The notes: generated by a model from the sequence alone, not told the origin. A stretch of 60,550 bases of DNA, filler included, from 4 parts of 4 records of this genome joined end to end with filler, not necessarily neighbours in it, one strand, 5' to 3'; positions 10,556 to 21,587 are shown, counted from the whole stretch's first letter. Numbers and translations are program-made.

Positions 10556-11623
10556 ATGCGTGAAACAGACCAGACAGGCGATCTGCCGCGCATCTTGCTG
10601 GATTGGTATGATGTACATGCCCGCCAGATGCCGTGGCGGGTGGCGCCAGCGGATCGCAAGGCGGGCCAACTGCCCGATCCCTATCACGTCTGGATGAGCG
10701 AGATCATGTTGCAGCAGACCACTGTTGCGGCGGTGCGGGACTATTTCACCCGTTTTGTCACCCGCTGGCCCAAAGTGGCGGATCTGGCGGGTGCCGAGGA
10801 TGCCGAAGTGATGGGGGAATGGGCCGGACTTGGCTATTATGCCCGCGCCCGGAACCTGTTGAAATGCGCAAGGGTGGTGGTTGCAGACCATGATGGCGCC
10901 TTTCCGGCAGATCATGATGCCTTGCTGAAACTTCCGGGGATTGGCCCCTACACCGCCGCAGCGGTATCCTCGATAGCGTTTGACGCGCCGCGCACCGTTC
11001 TGGATGGAAACGTTGAGCGGGTGATGGCCCGGCTTTACGATATTCACACACCGCTGCCCGCCGCCAAACCTGAGCTGATGGCGCTTGCCGAAACTCTGAC
11101 GCCGCAAAACCGGCCGGGTGATTATGCCCAAGCCGTAATGGACCTTGGCGCAACGATCTGTAGCCCCAAATCGCCCGCCTGCGGTATTTGCCCCTGGCGC
11201 GACCCCTGCCTGTCACGAGCACGGGGCACGGCGGCGGGACTGCCAAAGAAAACCCCGAAAAAGCCCAAACCTGTGCGGCACGGAACTGTCTATCTCGCAC
11301 AAAGGGCCGATGGGGCATGGCTGCTGGAAACCCGTCCGGACAAGGGGTTGCTGGGCGGGATGCTTGGCTGGCCAGGGTCGGAATGGCTGGACGTGGCGAA
11401 AGATCGACCATTGGGCGTGCCTCCCGTGAAGGGTGATTGGCGGCCCATTGACGGCGAAGTGCGCCATACCTTTACCCATTTCCACCTGATGTTGAGCGTT
11501 CAAGTCGGCGCTGTTGCCGCCGATGCCGAACCCAGCGTCGGCACCTTTGTCCAGCCTGCAAATTTCCGGCCTTCCGATCTGCCAACGGTCATGCGCAAGG
11601 CGTTCGATTTGTCGCGCAAATAG
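10556..11623 (+). CDS. mutY: A/G-specific adenine glycosylase
   Basis: SEIMLQQT, WAGLGYYARARNL, HhH LPGIGPYTA, DGNVERV and 4Fe-4S CxxxxxxCxxCxxxxxC. Confidence 0.97.
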   Translation: MRETDQTGDLPRILLDWYDVHARQMPWRVAPADRKAGQLPDPYHVWMSEIMLQQTTVAAVRDYFTRFVTRWPKVADLAGAEDAEVMGEWAGLGYYARARNLLKCARVVVADHDGAFPADHDALLKLPGIGPYTAAAVSSIAFDAPRTVLDGNVERVMARLYDIHTPLPAAKPELMALAETLTPQNRPGDYAQAVMDLGATICSPKSPACGICPWRDPCLSRARGTAAGLPKKTPKKPKPVRHGTVYLAQRADGAWLLETRPDKGLLGGMLGWPGSEWLDVAKDRPLGVPPVKGDWRPIDGEVRHTFTHFHLMLSVQVGAVAADAEPSVGTFVQPANFRPSDLPTVMRKAFDLSRK

Positions 11624-11701
11624 CGCGGCGTCAGTGTTTGAGAGGGCCGCCGTTTACGGTATATCAACCTCGAACACGCCACAAAGCCGGCAGGAGCCCC
11701 G

Positions 11702-12847
11702 ATGCCAAATACCATTATCGCACCGCAAGACCTGGCGCGGCTGTCCCGCGCCCTTCCGTTCTGGTTGTCCCTTGGCCTGATCCCGCTGACCTGGATCTGC
11801 GCAGTGGTGGGCGGCTGGTCGATTGCTCTTTTGCCGATTGTGACGTGGTTCTTGTTTTCGCTGCTGGATGCGGTGCTGGGTCTGGACCTCGACAATGCCG
11901 ATCTTGAGGCGACCGATGATGATTTGTTCTGGTATCGCCTGATCACGCTGATCTGGGTGCCCGCGCAGACCGTGACGGTTTTTGGCCTGATCTATTATGT
12001 GCCGCAGGCCGAGCATCTGGGCACGGCAGAGCGGGTGTTTCTGTTCATGGGGGTTGGGGTTGTAACCGGCACCATCGGGATCAACTACAGCCACGAACTG
12101 ATGCACCAGAAAAACAATCTGGAACGTTGGTGGGCGGATATCCTGCTGGCGATGGTGCTCTATTCACATTTCCGTTCCGAACATCTTTTGGTGCATCACC
12201 GCTATGTCGCAACGCCCCGTGATCCGGTGACCGCGAGATACAATGAGGGGTTTCACAGGTTTTATCCGCGCGTTTTGCGGCAATCGCTTGTTTCGGCCTT
12301 TCGGGCGGAGGCGCAGATGCTGGCGCGCAAAGACCTGCCTTGGACCGACCGCCGCAATCCGTTCTTTCGCTATTGGGCGTTGCAAGGCGGGTTCTTACTG
12401 TTGGCGCTGATCCTTGGCGGCATGACGGGTCTGCTGTTGTTTGTGGTTCAGGCGGGCGTCGCCATCTGGCAGCTTGAGCTGGTCAATTACATTGAACACT
12501 ATGGGCTGACGCGCAAACATCTGGGGGATGGAAAATACGAACATGTGCAACCGCGCCATTCGTGGAATGCGGCACACCGGGCGTCAAACTGGCTACTGAT
12601 CAATCTACAGCGGCATTCCGATCACCACTACAAGCCTGACCGCCGCTTTCCAGTGTTGCAGACCTACGGCACCGATCAGGCACCGCAACTGCCCTATGGC
12701 TATCCGGTGATGACCATGGCCGCGATGGTGCCGCCCTTGTTCAAGCGGATCATGAACCCCCGCGTGCGCAATTGGCGCGAGATGTATTACCCCGAAATCA
12801 CCGATTGGCAGGACTATAACAAGCGCCGCACACCCATGCCCCGCTGA
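11702..12847 (+). CDS. alkB: alkane 1-monooxygenase
   Basis: His boxes HELMH, EHLLVHH, NYIEHYG and LQRHSDHH; membrane segments. Confidence 0.93.
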   Translation: MPNTIIAPQDLARLSRALPFWLSLGLIPLTWICAVVGGWSIALLPIVTWFLFSLLDAVLGLDLDNADLEATDDDLFWYRLITLIWVPAQTVTVFGLIYYVPQAEHLGTAERVFLFMGVGVVTGTIGINYSHELMHQKNNLERWWADILLAMVLYSHFRSEHLLVHHRYVATPRDPVTARYNEGFHRFYPRVLRQSLVSAFRAEAQMLARKDLPWTDRRNPFFRYWALQGGFLLLALILGGMTGLLLFVVQAGVAIWQLELVNYIEHYGLTRKHLGDGKYEHVQPRHSWNAAHRASNWLLINLQRHSDHHYKPDRRFPVLQTYGTDQAPQLPYGYPVMTMAAMVPPLFKRIMNPRVRNWREMYYPEITDWQDYNKRRTPMPR

Positions 12848-12914
12848 GCAGTCCGAACGCTTTTTTAAGACTTGTCTGCCATCTCTGTGACATCAGCCGT
12901 CACCGGGGGGTGTC

Positions 12915-13352
12915 ATGCAAGCCAACATGCGATCAAAGTCCAAACCGTCTGGCACCTGCCTGATCATTGAAGACAGTGAATTTGATCGGGAACGTCTGAC
13001 CCGGATCATTGGAAAATCCCAGCACGATATGCATGTGGAACTGGCACCGACGCTGCGGTCTGCGCGGGCCGCTTTGAGCCGGCAACGGATCAACTTGATC
13101 CTGCTCGATAACAACTTGCCCGACGGGCTTGGCGCCAATTTTGCACTGGAACTGGCCAAAGACCCCAAGCTTGCGCAAATCCCGGTCATATTGGTCAGTG
13201 ACTGGCCCTCCCCGTTCATGTGGGAAAAGGCACAGTCGGCAGGCGTGGCCTTCGTTCTGTCGAAAACCGAATTTGACAGCCGTTACGTCCATGCCGTGAT
13301 GTCGCTCATGACCACCGTGCCAAGAAATGGCGCACAGCCGACGATCAATTGA
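12915..13352 (+). CDS. single-domain response regulator receiver protein
   Basis: IIEDS, LLDNNLPDG (phospho-Asp) and conserved Lys in LSK. Confidence 0.85.
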   Translation: MQANMRSKSKPSGTCLIIEDSEFDRERLTRIIGKSQHDMHVELAPTLRSARAALSRQRINLILLDNNLPDGLGANFALELAKDPKLAQIPVILVSDWPSPFMWEKAQSAGVAFVLSKTEFDSRYVHAVMSLMTTVPRNGAQPTIN

Positions 13353-13463
13353 GCCTCGCAATCGCTCTCGTCGCGGGTCGCGCAGACACCGTTTCGGTTC
13401 GTATTTGCGCGGCAAAACGGTGCAAACAGTCCTAACCTGTCTGTAGCAATGCAGGAGGGATCT

Positions 13464-13850
13464 ATGCGCGGAAGTTGTCTTTGCGGTCTGGTCAAATACG
13501 AAATATCAGGCTCACCGCGTCCGGTTGTCGGGTGCCATTGTACGCAATGCCGAAAATCTTCGGGCCATTATGTCGCCGCAACCCAAACGGCCAAATCCAG
13601 CATCGCCATCACCGGACGGGACCACCTGACCTGGTTCCAATCGTCACAAACCGCACGGCGCGGGTTTTGCACCACCTGCGGCAGCCAGATGTTCTGGACC
13701 GAAGAGACCAGCGACAACATCTCGGTCATGGCCGGGTCTATCGACGGCGACAGCGGGCTGTCCATGGATCGGCAGCTCTATCCCGATGACAAAGGCGACT
13801 ATTACGCGTTGCCTGAAGTGGCGGTGGTGGATCAATCCACGCTCAAATAA
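13464..13850 (+). CDS. GFA/CENP-V family protein
   Basis: GSCLCG, CHCTQCRK and RGFCTTCGS; GGAGG RBS before ATG 13464. Confidence 0.9.
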   Translation: MRGSCLCGLVKYEISGSPRPVVGCHCTQCRKSSGHYVAATQTAKSSIAITGRDHLTWFQSSQTARRGFCTTCGSQMFWTEETSDNISVMAGSIDGDSGLSMDRQLYPDDKGDYYALPEVAVVDQSTLK

Positions 13851-13874
13851 AAAAGCCCCGCCATGAGGCGGGGC
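13849..13874 (-). terminator. intrinsic terminator downstream of ccrM (may be bidirectional)
   Basis: GCCCCGCC-ATGA-GGCGGGGC stem with an A-tract on the left, i.e. a U-tract on the minus strand. Confidence 0.8.
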
Positions 13875-13949
13875 CAAGGTGAGTGCCCTTTTGGGCGATC
13901 CTTCGGCAAGAAGGTCGCGGGCACCGGCGGTGTTCGAATGTTTGGGTGT

Positions 13950-15146
<1,197 letters not shown>

Positions 15147-15153
15147 TTAAGTT

Positions 15154-15768
15154 TTATTCTTGATACAAGATATTGTGGACCGGTTTGAACGAACGTCTAT
15201 GGTGTGGGGTGGCACCAAGTTTTTGCAGCGCATCCATGTGCTTTTTTGAGCCATATCCCATGTTGGTTTCCCATCCATAACCGGGATGCTGTTGCGCCAA
15301 TGACAACATGACACAATCCCGACAAATTTTTGCCATAATTGAGGCCGCCGAAATCGACTGCGAGAGGCTATCGCCTTTGACAATTGTCTGGGATGGCAAG
15401 GCCAAGCCGCGGGGGATCATATTGCCGTCGATCAGGGCGTAGTCCGGCGGGATCTTGAGCCCTTCAAGGGCGCGGACCATCGCGAGGTGGCTGGCACGCA
15501 GAATGTTATGTTCGTCAATCTCTTCGACCGTGGCATGGGCAATCGACACATCAGCCGCCTGCATGATCTCGTCATAAAGACGGGTGCGGGCTTTCTTTGT
15601 CAGCTTTTTTGAATCGTTAAGTCCCTCGGGGATGTTTTCGGGGTCCAGCACCACCGCCGCTGCGGTCACCGGACCGGCAAGCGGGCCGCGCCCCACTTCA
15701 TCAACGCCGGCGATGCGGCTGTATCCCTGTGCCTGTGCGGCGCGCTCAAATGTAAAATCTGGTGTCAT
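15154..15768 (-). CDS. rnhB: ribonuclease HII
   Basis: AGVDEVGRGPLAGPV, DSKKL, IDGN, KGD and HRRSF. Confidence 0.96.
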   Translation of the reverse strand: MTPDFTFERAAQAQGYSRIAGVDEVGRGPLAGPVTAAAVVLDPENIPEGLNDSKKLTKKARTRLYDEIMQAADVSIAHATVEEIDEHNILRASHLAMVRALEGLKIPPDYALIDGNMIPRGLALPSQTIVKGDSLSQSISAASIMAKICRDCVMLSLAQQHPGYGWETNMGYGSKKHMDALQKLGATPHHRRSFKPVHNILYQE

Positions 15769-15785
15769 GGCCCACCCAAACCGCA

Positions 15786-15817
15786 AGACAGCCCGAACCT
15801 CAAGGGCCGGGCTGTCT
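15786..15817. terminator. stem-loop between the secreted-protein gene and rnhB
   Basis: AGACAGCCCG...CGGGCTGTCT 10-bp inverted repeat. Confidence 0.5.
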
Positions 15818-15920
15818 GCAACAGTTCACTCGTTACTGTTTTTGAAGACGGAAGATTGCCCGAACACTCTCCCGCCTCCAACCGGCGGCACGGGGGCGCG
15901 CCACCGGTCCGGGCACGCAG

Positions 15921-16418
15921 TTACCTGCGGGCCAAGCGGTAGCCCCGATCCCGCAGACAGCGGGCCTCATAACCGCGGCGATTGCCGCGCGGGGTATCGA
16001 ACACATAGAGACATTGGCGGGGCAGACGGTTCACGAAGTCATAGTTGTTCTTCAGGCAGCGGCGGCCAAACATCCGCACTTTGCCATGCCCCGTCCGGTA
16101 GCTGCGAAAGCACTCTCCCGGCAGCAGCTTGCGATCCACCCGGCGCGGCAGCGGGCGCGGCTTTGGCTGATAGCGCGGCGGCTTGTAGCTGGGCTGGTTG
16201 TAGTGGGGCACGTGGTTTTTCTTCACATGCTTCTTTTCATAGTGATGCGCTTTTTTGTCTTTCTTGTTGTCGTGAATGATCTTGCCCACAATCGCGATGC
16301 CCAACAGGGCAGCCAAGGCGCGGGCGGCGTCGTCATTGTCGGCGCGGGCGGGCATGGCCCCAAAGGCGGTGATGGCAATCGACGCGGCGGCGACGGTGGC
16401 GATAAATCTGCGGTACAT
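15921..16418 (-). CDS. secreted hypothetical protein with a duplicated Cys-pair module
   Basis: Signal peptide ending PARA, hydrophobic segment, His/Lys/Pro-rich linker, two LP..C...RCL repeats. Confidence 0.75.
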   Translation of the reverse strand: MYRRFIATVAAASIAITAFGAMPARADNDDAARALAALLGIAIVGKIIHDNKKDKKAHHYEKKHVKKNHVPHYNQPSYKPPRYQPKPRPLPRRVDRKLLPGECFRSYRTGHGKVRMFGRRCLKNNYDFVNRLPRQCLYVFDTPRGNRRGYEARCLRDRGYRLARR

Positions 16419-16603
16419 GGGTCTGATCCTTTCTTCAGGTCTGCGCGGGAACCCCGTGCAAGAGCGGGATGGAGGGATGCTCTGGTTCCAAGGTGGCCCG
16501 GCCCCTTTGAGACAGGCAATAACAGCGGGCTGTTATCGAATATCAACGGGGCCATCTGGCCTTGGATATTGAATAACGCCCCGCAAAAGCGCAGGAAGGT
16601 ATC

Positions 16604-16894
16604 ATGAAACACGCCATTATCTCTTTTGCCCTCGCTGTCGTGATTGGCCTTGCGCAGCCCGCGCATGCCGCGGATTGCTATGCGGATTACAAGGCAAAAC
16701 AGGACAACCCCCTGCGCCTGCATTACGGTGTTGCGCAGATCAACGGTGCATGTACTCCGGCCGGAGCGGCATCAGAATTGGCCGCCCGATTGGCACAGCA
16801 AGGTTGGACCCTGCTGAATGTTCTGGGTGTTTTTGGCCCCGATGGATTGGCGGAAAGGAAAGACAGTGCCGGATCAAACTACCTCCGCTTCTGA
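16604..16894 (+). CDS. small exported hypothetical protein
   Basis: GGAAGG RBS; signal peptide ending AHA; two Cys. Confidence 0.8.
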   Translation: MKHAIISFALAVVIGLAQPAHAADCYADYKAKQDNPLRLHYGVAQINGACTPAGAASELAARLAQQGWTLLNVLGVFGPDGLAERKDSAGSNYLRF

Positions 16895-16895
16895 T

Positions 16896-17570
16896 ATGCG
16901 CCGCTTTGGCGGGCGATTTGTGGGCGGCGGCATTGCGGCAATTGTTGCCTTGCTCTTGCTGGGTGCGGTTTTGCTGTTCTGGGCCTTGCCGGATGCGAAC
17001 CAGTTCAACGCGCAGGTCGAACGGATCTTTGTTGAAAATGACGATCTGACCAGCGGTGCCGAGATCAAGCTGCTTGAGATCCTCGCGCAATCCGGCACCG
17101 CGTTTTCCGACACGCTGAACAGTTACCGTGTGGTGATTTTTGTGCTGCTGTTGTTTGCCAGTGCCATGCTGATCGCCGCACTGGTGTTTCTGGTGCTGCT
17201 CATCGGGTTCAACCGGCGGATGGCACAGATTGAACGGGCGGGCATTCAGGTCAATTCCCTGCTGATCAGCCGTGAAGAGAACACCGTTTACCTCAACAAC
17301 CTTGGCTTCAAACTGACCGGGGCAGCGATGGAGACCCTTTCTGTGCTGGCCGAGGCGCGGATGGATGATGAGGTCATGTCCGGTTCCGAAATCGAAGGGG
17401 TCATCTCTGGCCGCAATGCTGCGGATTGTGATGAGGCGGCAGGCGCGACCCGCATCAAAAGGCTGCGCGATACCTTGGGCAATCAGCTGGTGTCAGAACT
17501 GTTGGTCAAGAACATCGCGCGGCGCGGCTATATGCTGGCCATCGACAAAGACGTGATCAAGGTGATCTGA
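16896..17570 (+). CDS. membrane-anchored protein with C-terminal OmpR-type winged helix-turn-helix
   Basis: Two hydrophobic segments then KLTGAAMETLSVL...IKRLRDTLG...VKNIARRGYML; ATG 2 nt after the upstream stop. Confidence 0.8.
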   Translation: MRRFGGRFVGGGIAAIVALLLLGAVLLFWALPDANQFNAQVERIFVENDDLTSGAEIKLLEILAQSGTAFSDTLNSYRVVIFVLLLFASAMLIAALVFLVLLIGFNRRMAQIERAGIQVNSLLISREENTVYLNNLGFKLTGAAMETLSVLAEARMDDEVMSGSEIEGVISGRNAADCDEAAGATRIKRLRDTLGNQLVSELLVKNIARRGYMLAIDKDVIKVI

Positions 17571-17673
17571 ACGGCGCCCTGCAAACCTCCGAACACTTCA
17601 AAAATTGGTACATTGTTCCCTCTGGTCAATCCCGAGCAACCTTGTCTAGGGTGCAGCAACCCTTGCCGAGGAA

Positions 17674-18456
17674 ATGATCATGCCCGTCAAACTCAACCCG
17701 TTCAAACGCGCCCTCCAAAACGGGCAACTTCAGTTTGGTTGCTGGCTTGGCCTTGGCGATACGTTTTCCGCAGAACTGATGGGCACCGCCGGTTTTGACT
17801 GGATGGTGATCGACGGGGAACATGGGCCGAACGATCTGCGGTCTAGCCTTGCGCAGTTGCAGGTGCTTGAAGCCTCTGAAAGCCAGGCGGTGGTGCGCCT
17901 GCCTGTGGGAGAGACCTATATGCTCAAGCAGGTTCTGGACGCCGGGGCGCAAACGGTTCTCGTGCCAATGGTCGAGAGCGCCGAACAGGCCCGTCAATTG
18001 GTGCGCGACGTGACCTATCCGCCGCATGGCGACAGAGGCGTTGGCTATGCCCTGACCCGCGCCTCGCGGTTTTCGCAGATCAAAGACTACGGCAAGACAG
18101 CAGATGAACAGATTTGTTTGCTGGTGCAGGTCGAGAACCGCAAGGGCATTGCCGCGCTGGATGAGATCCTCGCGGTTGACGGTGTGGATGGTGTTTTTAT
18201 CGGTCCGGCTGATCTGGCGGCGGACATGGGGCATATGGGCGATTCGCTGCATCACAATGTGCAGACCGTGATCATGGACGCGCTGCGCCGTATTCGCGCG
18301 GCAGGCAAGGCGCCAGGGGTCATTTCCACCCATGAACCGATGACCCATGAGGCGATTGAGGCCGGTGCGCTTTTTGTGGCGGTTGGGTCCGATGTACAAA
18401 TTCTGGCCGAGGGCGCACGGGCGTTGACGGAGAAATGGAAAGCGCCACGATCATGA
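17674..18456 (+). CDS. HpcH/HpaI class II aldolase
   Basis: GFDWMVIDGEH, LDAGA, YPPHGDRG and VFIGPADL. Confidence 0.92.
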   Translation: MIMPVKLNPFKRALQNGQLQFGCWLGLGDTFSAELMGTAGFDWMVIDGEHGPNDLRSSLAQLQVLEASESQAVVRLPVGETYMLKQVLDAGAQTVLVPMVESAEQARQLVRDVTYPPHGDRGVGYALTRASRFSQIKDYGKTADEQICLLVQVENRKGIAALDEILAVDGVDGVFIGPADLAADMGHMGDSLHHNVQTVIMDALRRIRAAGKAPGVISTHEPMTHEAIEAGALFVAVGSDVQILAEGARALTEKWKAPRS

Positions 18457-19631
18457 ACTTTGGCATATTCCTTCTTGGGCTTGGCTATGTATTAAGCCAG
18501 TTTTTCCGCGCCTTTCTTGCGGTCTTGTCCAGCATTCTGGAACAAGACATCGGCGCAACACCGGATGATCTGGCTTTTGCCTCCGGCCTTTGGTTCCTGT
18601 CGTTTGCCGCCATGCAGATCCCCGTGGGCGCAGCGCTGGACAGTATCGGACCGCGACGGACAATGGCATGGGCGCTTTTCATTGGCGGCAGCGGCGGGGC
18701 GGCACTTTTTGCACTGGCGACCACCCCCCTGCACATCAGCATCGCCATGACCCTGATCGGGATCGGATGTTCACCGGTGCTGATGGCCTCTTACTATATT
18801 TTTGCCCGCGACTACCCGCCGGCACAGTTTGCTGTCCTGGCCTCAATGATGGTCGGGCTGGGCAGTTTGGGCAATCTGGTGGCCTCCTACCCGATGGCAC
18901 TGGCCGCCGAAACTTTGGGCTGGCGCAACGCGCTTTGGGCATTGGCGGCATTGTCTGCACTGGTGGCCTTTGGTGCGTTGATCTTTGTGCGCGATCCCCA
19001 AAAGGTTGAAGGCGAATCCAAGGGATCACTGGCCGAGCTGTTCAAGCTGCGGGCGCTGTGGTTCATCTTTCCGATCATGGGCGTCAGCTATGCGATCTCC
19101 GGTGCGGTGCGCGGGCTTTGGATCGGGCCATATCTGGCGGATGTGTTTGGCGCAAACACCAGCACCGTGGGTCAGGCCAGCCTGCTGATGGGCATTGCGA
19201 TGGTGATCGGCGCCTTGGCCTATGGTCCGGCAGACCGTCTTATGCCCTCGCGCAAATGGATGATCGTGGCGGGCACGGTGATCACCCTTGTCGCAAGCGC
19301 GGTTCTGATCGCCCAGCCGGCACAATCGCTGGTTCTGTCCGTGACCATGCTGTGCATCATCGGCTTTTTCAGCGCGACCTATCCGGTGATCATGGCCCAC
19401 GGGCGCAGCTTTCTGCCGCCGCATCTGATCGGGCGCGGTGTGACCATGCTGAACCTCTTCAGCATCGGCGGTGTGGGCGTCGCGCAGTTCTTTTCCGGCA
19501 AGGTCTATAGCGCCGCCCTGCCCGGTGCGGCCACCACCGCCAGCCCCTATGTTGCGGTCTATGTCCTTTTCGCCGGAAGCCTCGCTTTTGGCCTTCTGGT
19601 GTACCTTTTCAGCCGCGATAACGCGGATTGA
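18453..19631 (+). CDS. MFS transporter
   Basis: About 12 hydrophobic segments; MFS loop motif GAALDSIGPRR. Confidence 0.9.
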   Translation: MNFGIFLLGLGYVLSQFFRAFLAVLSSILEQDIGATPDDLAFASGLWFLSFAAMQIPVGAALDSIGPRRTMAWALFIGGSGGAALFALATTPLHISIAMTLIGIGCSPVLMASYYIFARDYPPAQFAVLASMMVGLGSLGNLVASYPMALAAETLGWRNALWALAALSALVAFGALIFVRDPQKVEGESKGSLAELFKLRALWFIFPIMGVSYAISGAVRGLWIGPYLADVFGANTSTVGQASLLMGIAMVIGALAYGPADRLMPSRKWMIVAGTVITLVASAVLIAQPAQSLVLSVTMLCIIGFFSATYPVIMAHGRSFLPPHLIGRGVTMLNLFSIGGVGVAQFFSGKVYSAALPGAATTASPYVAVYVLFAGSLAFGLLVYLFSRDNAD

Positions 19632-19729
19632 GGCCACAAAGGCACCGCCAGCACGGCTGAGCCCCTTTTACTTGCCCGTCAGGCAGGCTAAAGGGCTGCG
19701 ACCATCACTATATATATTGGAGAAATCAG

Positions 19730-20152
19730 ATGGGTTATCGCGTCGCCGTCGTGGGCGCCACAGGCAATGTGGGCCGCGAAATGCTGAATATTCTGGCCGA
19801 GCGCCAGTTCCCTACGGACGAGGTTGTGGCATTGGCCAGCCGTCGGTCTTTGGGCACGGAAGTCAGCTATGGGGACACGACGCTCACGTGTAAGGATCTG
19901 GACACGTTTGATTTCACTGGCTGGGATATGGCGCTGTTTGCTGTTGGCTCAGAGGCCACCAAGAAATATGCGCCGGGTGCCGCCAAGGCGGGCTGCGTCG
20001 TGATCGACAACTCATCGCTTTATCGCTATGACCCGGATATTCCGCTGATCGTGCCCGAGGTGAACCCCGAGGCCGTTCACGGCTATGCCAAGAAAAACAT
20101 CATCGCCAACCCCAACTGCTCAACCGCGCAGATGGTTGTTGCGCTGAAGCCG
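19730..20152 (+). CDS. asd: aspartate-semialdehyde dehydrogenase, truncated by contig end
   Basis: VVGATGNVG, IDNSS, VPEVN and catalytic ANPNCST. Confidence 0.95.
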
Positions 20153-20252
20153 NNNNNNNNNNNNNNNNNNNNNNNNNNNNNNNNNNNNNNNNNNNNTTAA
20201 TTAATTAANNNNNNNNNNNNNNNNNNNNNNNNNNNNNNNNNNNNNNNNNNNN
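20153..20252. other. artificial contig linker
   Basis: N-run containing TTAATTAATTAA at 20197-20208, which gives stops in all six frames. Confidence 0.97.
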
Positions 20253-20465
20253 GTGGCGGCAGCTGCTTGCAGGCTAAGCCTCAGATTTAGGTCAGACCTG
20301 AGATTTGTTCGCATTGTTCTGACAGCACCGAGCGTAGGGCTGTCGATCTTCTAGCTCGCGCAGCAATGCTCGATCCGGCAGAAGAAGCTCTCCGGTTGCC
20401 ATTAACAAGAACGGAAGTGACTGACGCCCTTCGGGGCATCTGGTGGCATGCAGTTCATTCGTAGG

Positions 20466-21371
20466 TCACAAGCTGCTTTTTTCAGTCAAGAGATCCCACA
20501 CCAGCCGTTCGCCTTTACTATGGGGCCGCTGCACCCGGAAACAATAGGCAAACAAGTCTTCTGTCGGTAATACATCATCCAGTTGAAACAGGTCATCTTG
20601 CTCCACATGGGGGGCGGCGATGGCCGATGGCAGCCACGCCACCCCGGTGCCAGCCAGAACGAATTGGACCACGCCTGTTGACAGGCCAGATTCAATAAGT
20701 GGATCCAGATGAATGTTTCTTGGCAGGGATTTTACGATGTCTTCCCAAAGGACGCGGCCAAAGAAGTTCTGCCGCGGAAAAGTGATAACCGGGACGCGCA
20801 TGTTGTCCTGTGGTGACAGAGCGCGCAGCGCGTCGCGCAAACCCTTGTCGGCGGTGAAAGGTATAAAGCGGTCCGTTGCGATCTGCTCTCTCTCTAGATC
20901 TGGAACTTGGCCGAATAACGGGCGGCGCGCGGTTTCATAAGCCACCAGGATATCCACCTGCTTTGTCAGCAACAGCGCCACACCGTCTTCGGGATAGGCC
21001 GATTGTAGTTTCATCAGTAGACGGTCTTGGCCCTGCGCCTCGGTTAGTTTGCGTGGCAGGAACGAGGTCAGTAGGCTATGCTGCGCGGCAACCACCACTT
21101 TGGATGTATCACCCTGACTGGCCTGTAGTTCTGACCGCAGGTGGCGCAGGGTTGCGGCCATTTCATGCAGGGTCGGCATTAGCGCTACCATTTCAGGGGT
21201 CAGGCGCAGCGGACGGTTGGCGCGGTTGACGATATCGGCTCCAAACCAATGTTCAATAGCTGCGATGCGTCTGGAAAAAGCTGGTTGCGTCACATTGCGG
21301 GCCTTGGCCGCGCGTGACAGCGACCCTTTTTCTTCGATCGCAATGAGATCGTCGATCCAACCAATGTCCAT
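20466..21371 (-). CDS. LysR family transcriptional regulator
   Basis: SLSRAAKARNVTQPAFSRRI HTH; start is 21371 or 21386. Confidence 0.93.
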   Translation of the reverse strand: MDIGWIDDLIAIEEKGSLSRAAKARNVTQPAFSRRIAAIEHWFGADIVNRANRPLRLTPEMVALMPTLHEMAATLRHLRSELQASQGDTSKVVVAAQHSLLTSFLPRKLTEAQGQDRLLMKLQSAYPEDGVALLLTKQVDILVAYETARRPLFGQVPDLEREQIATDRFIPFTADKGLRDALRALSPQDNMRVPVITFPRQNFFGRVLWEDIVKSLPRNIHLDPLIESGLSTGVVQFVLAGTGVAWLPSAIAAPHVEQDDLFQLDDVLPTEDLFAYCFRVQRPHSKGERLVWDLLTEKSSL

Positions 21372-21384
21372 GGCAGCTTTCTTC

Positions 21385-21399
21385 ATGCAAGTTTTGCAT
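21385..21399. promoter_or_regulatory. putative LysR binding box
   Basis: ATGCAA-GTT-TTGCAT inverted repeat containing T-N11-A in the divergent intergenic region. Confidence 0.65.
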
Positions 21400-21472
21400 A
21401 TTAAGGCAGATAATCGGCATTATTCAAAGCTGTTTTTTGATCATAACATGTCCAAAGCAATGAGAGATAGCT

Positions 21473-21583
21473 ATGCCCCTTGACCTAGATCCATTTCCTC
21501 ATATCCGGCTAGCACATTTGGCGACCCCACTTGAATTTGCCCATCGCCTGGCCCCGGACGCCGCGGCAGCGGTGGCGGAGTAA
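21473..21583 (+). pseudogene. 36-aa remnant of a D-cysteine desulfhydrase/ACC deaminase/CuyA family gene
   Basis: MPLDLDPFPHIRLAHLATPLEFAHRLA matches the family N-terminus (FPR..LAHLPTPLE), then PDAAAAVAE-stop just before dctM. Confidence 0.65.
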
Positions 21584-21587
21584 CGTC

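Noticed and set aside
20197-20208. TTAATTAATTAA as a CtrA or other regulatory site
   Set aside because: It is identical in all three N-gaps and is an artificial six-frame-stop linker
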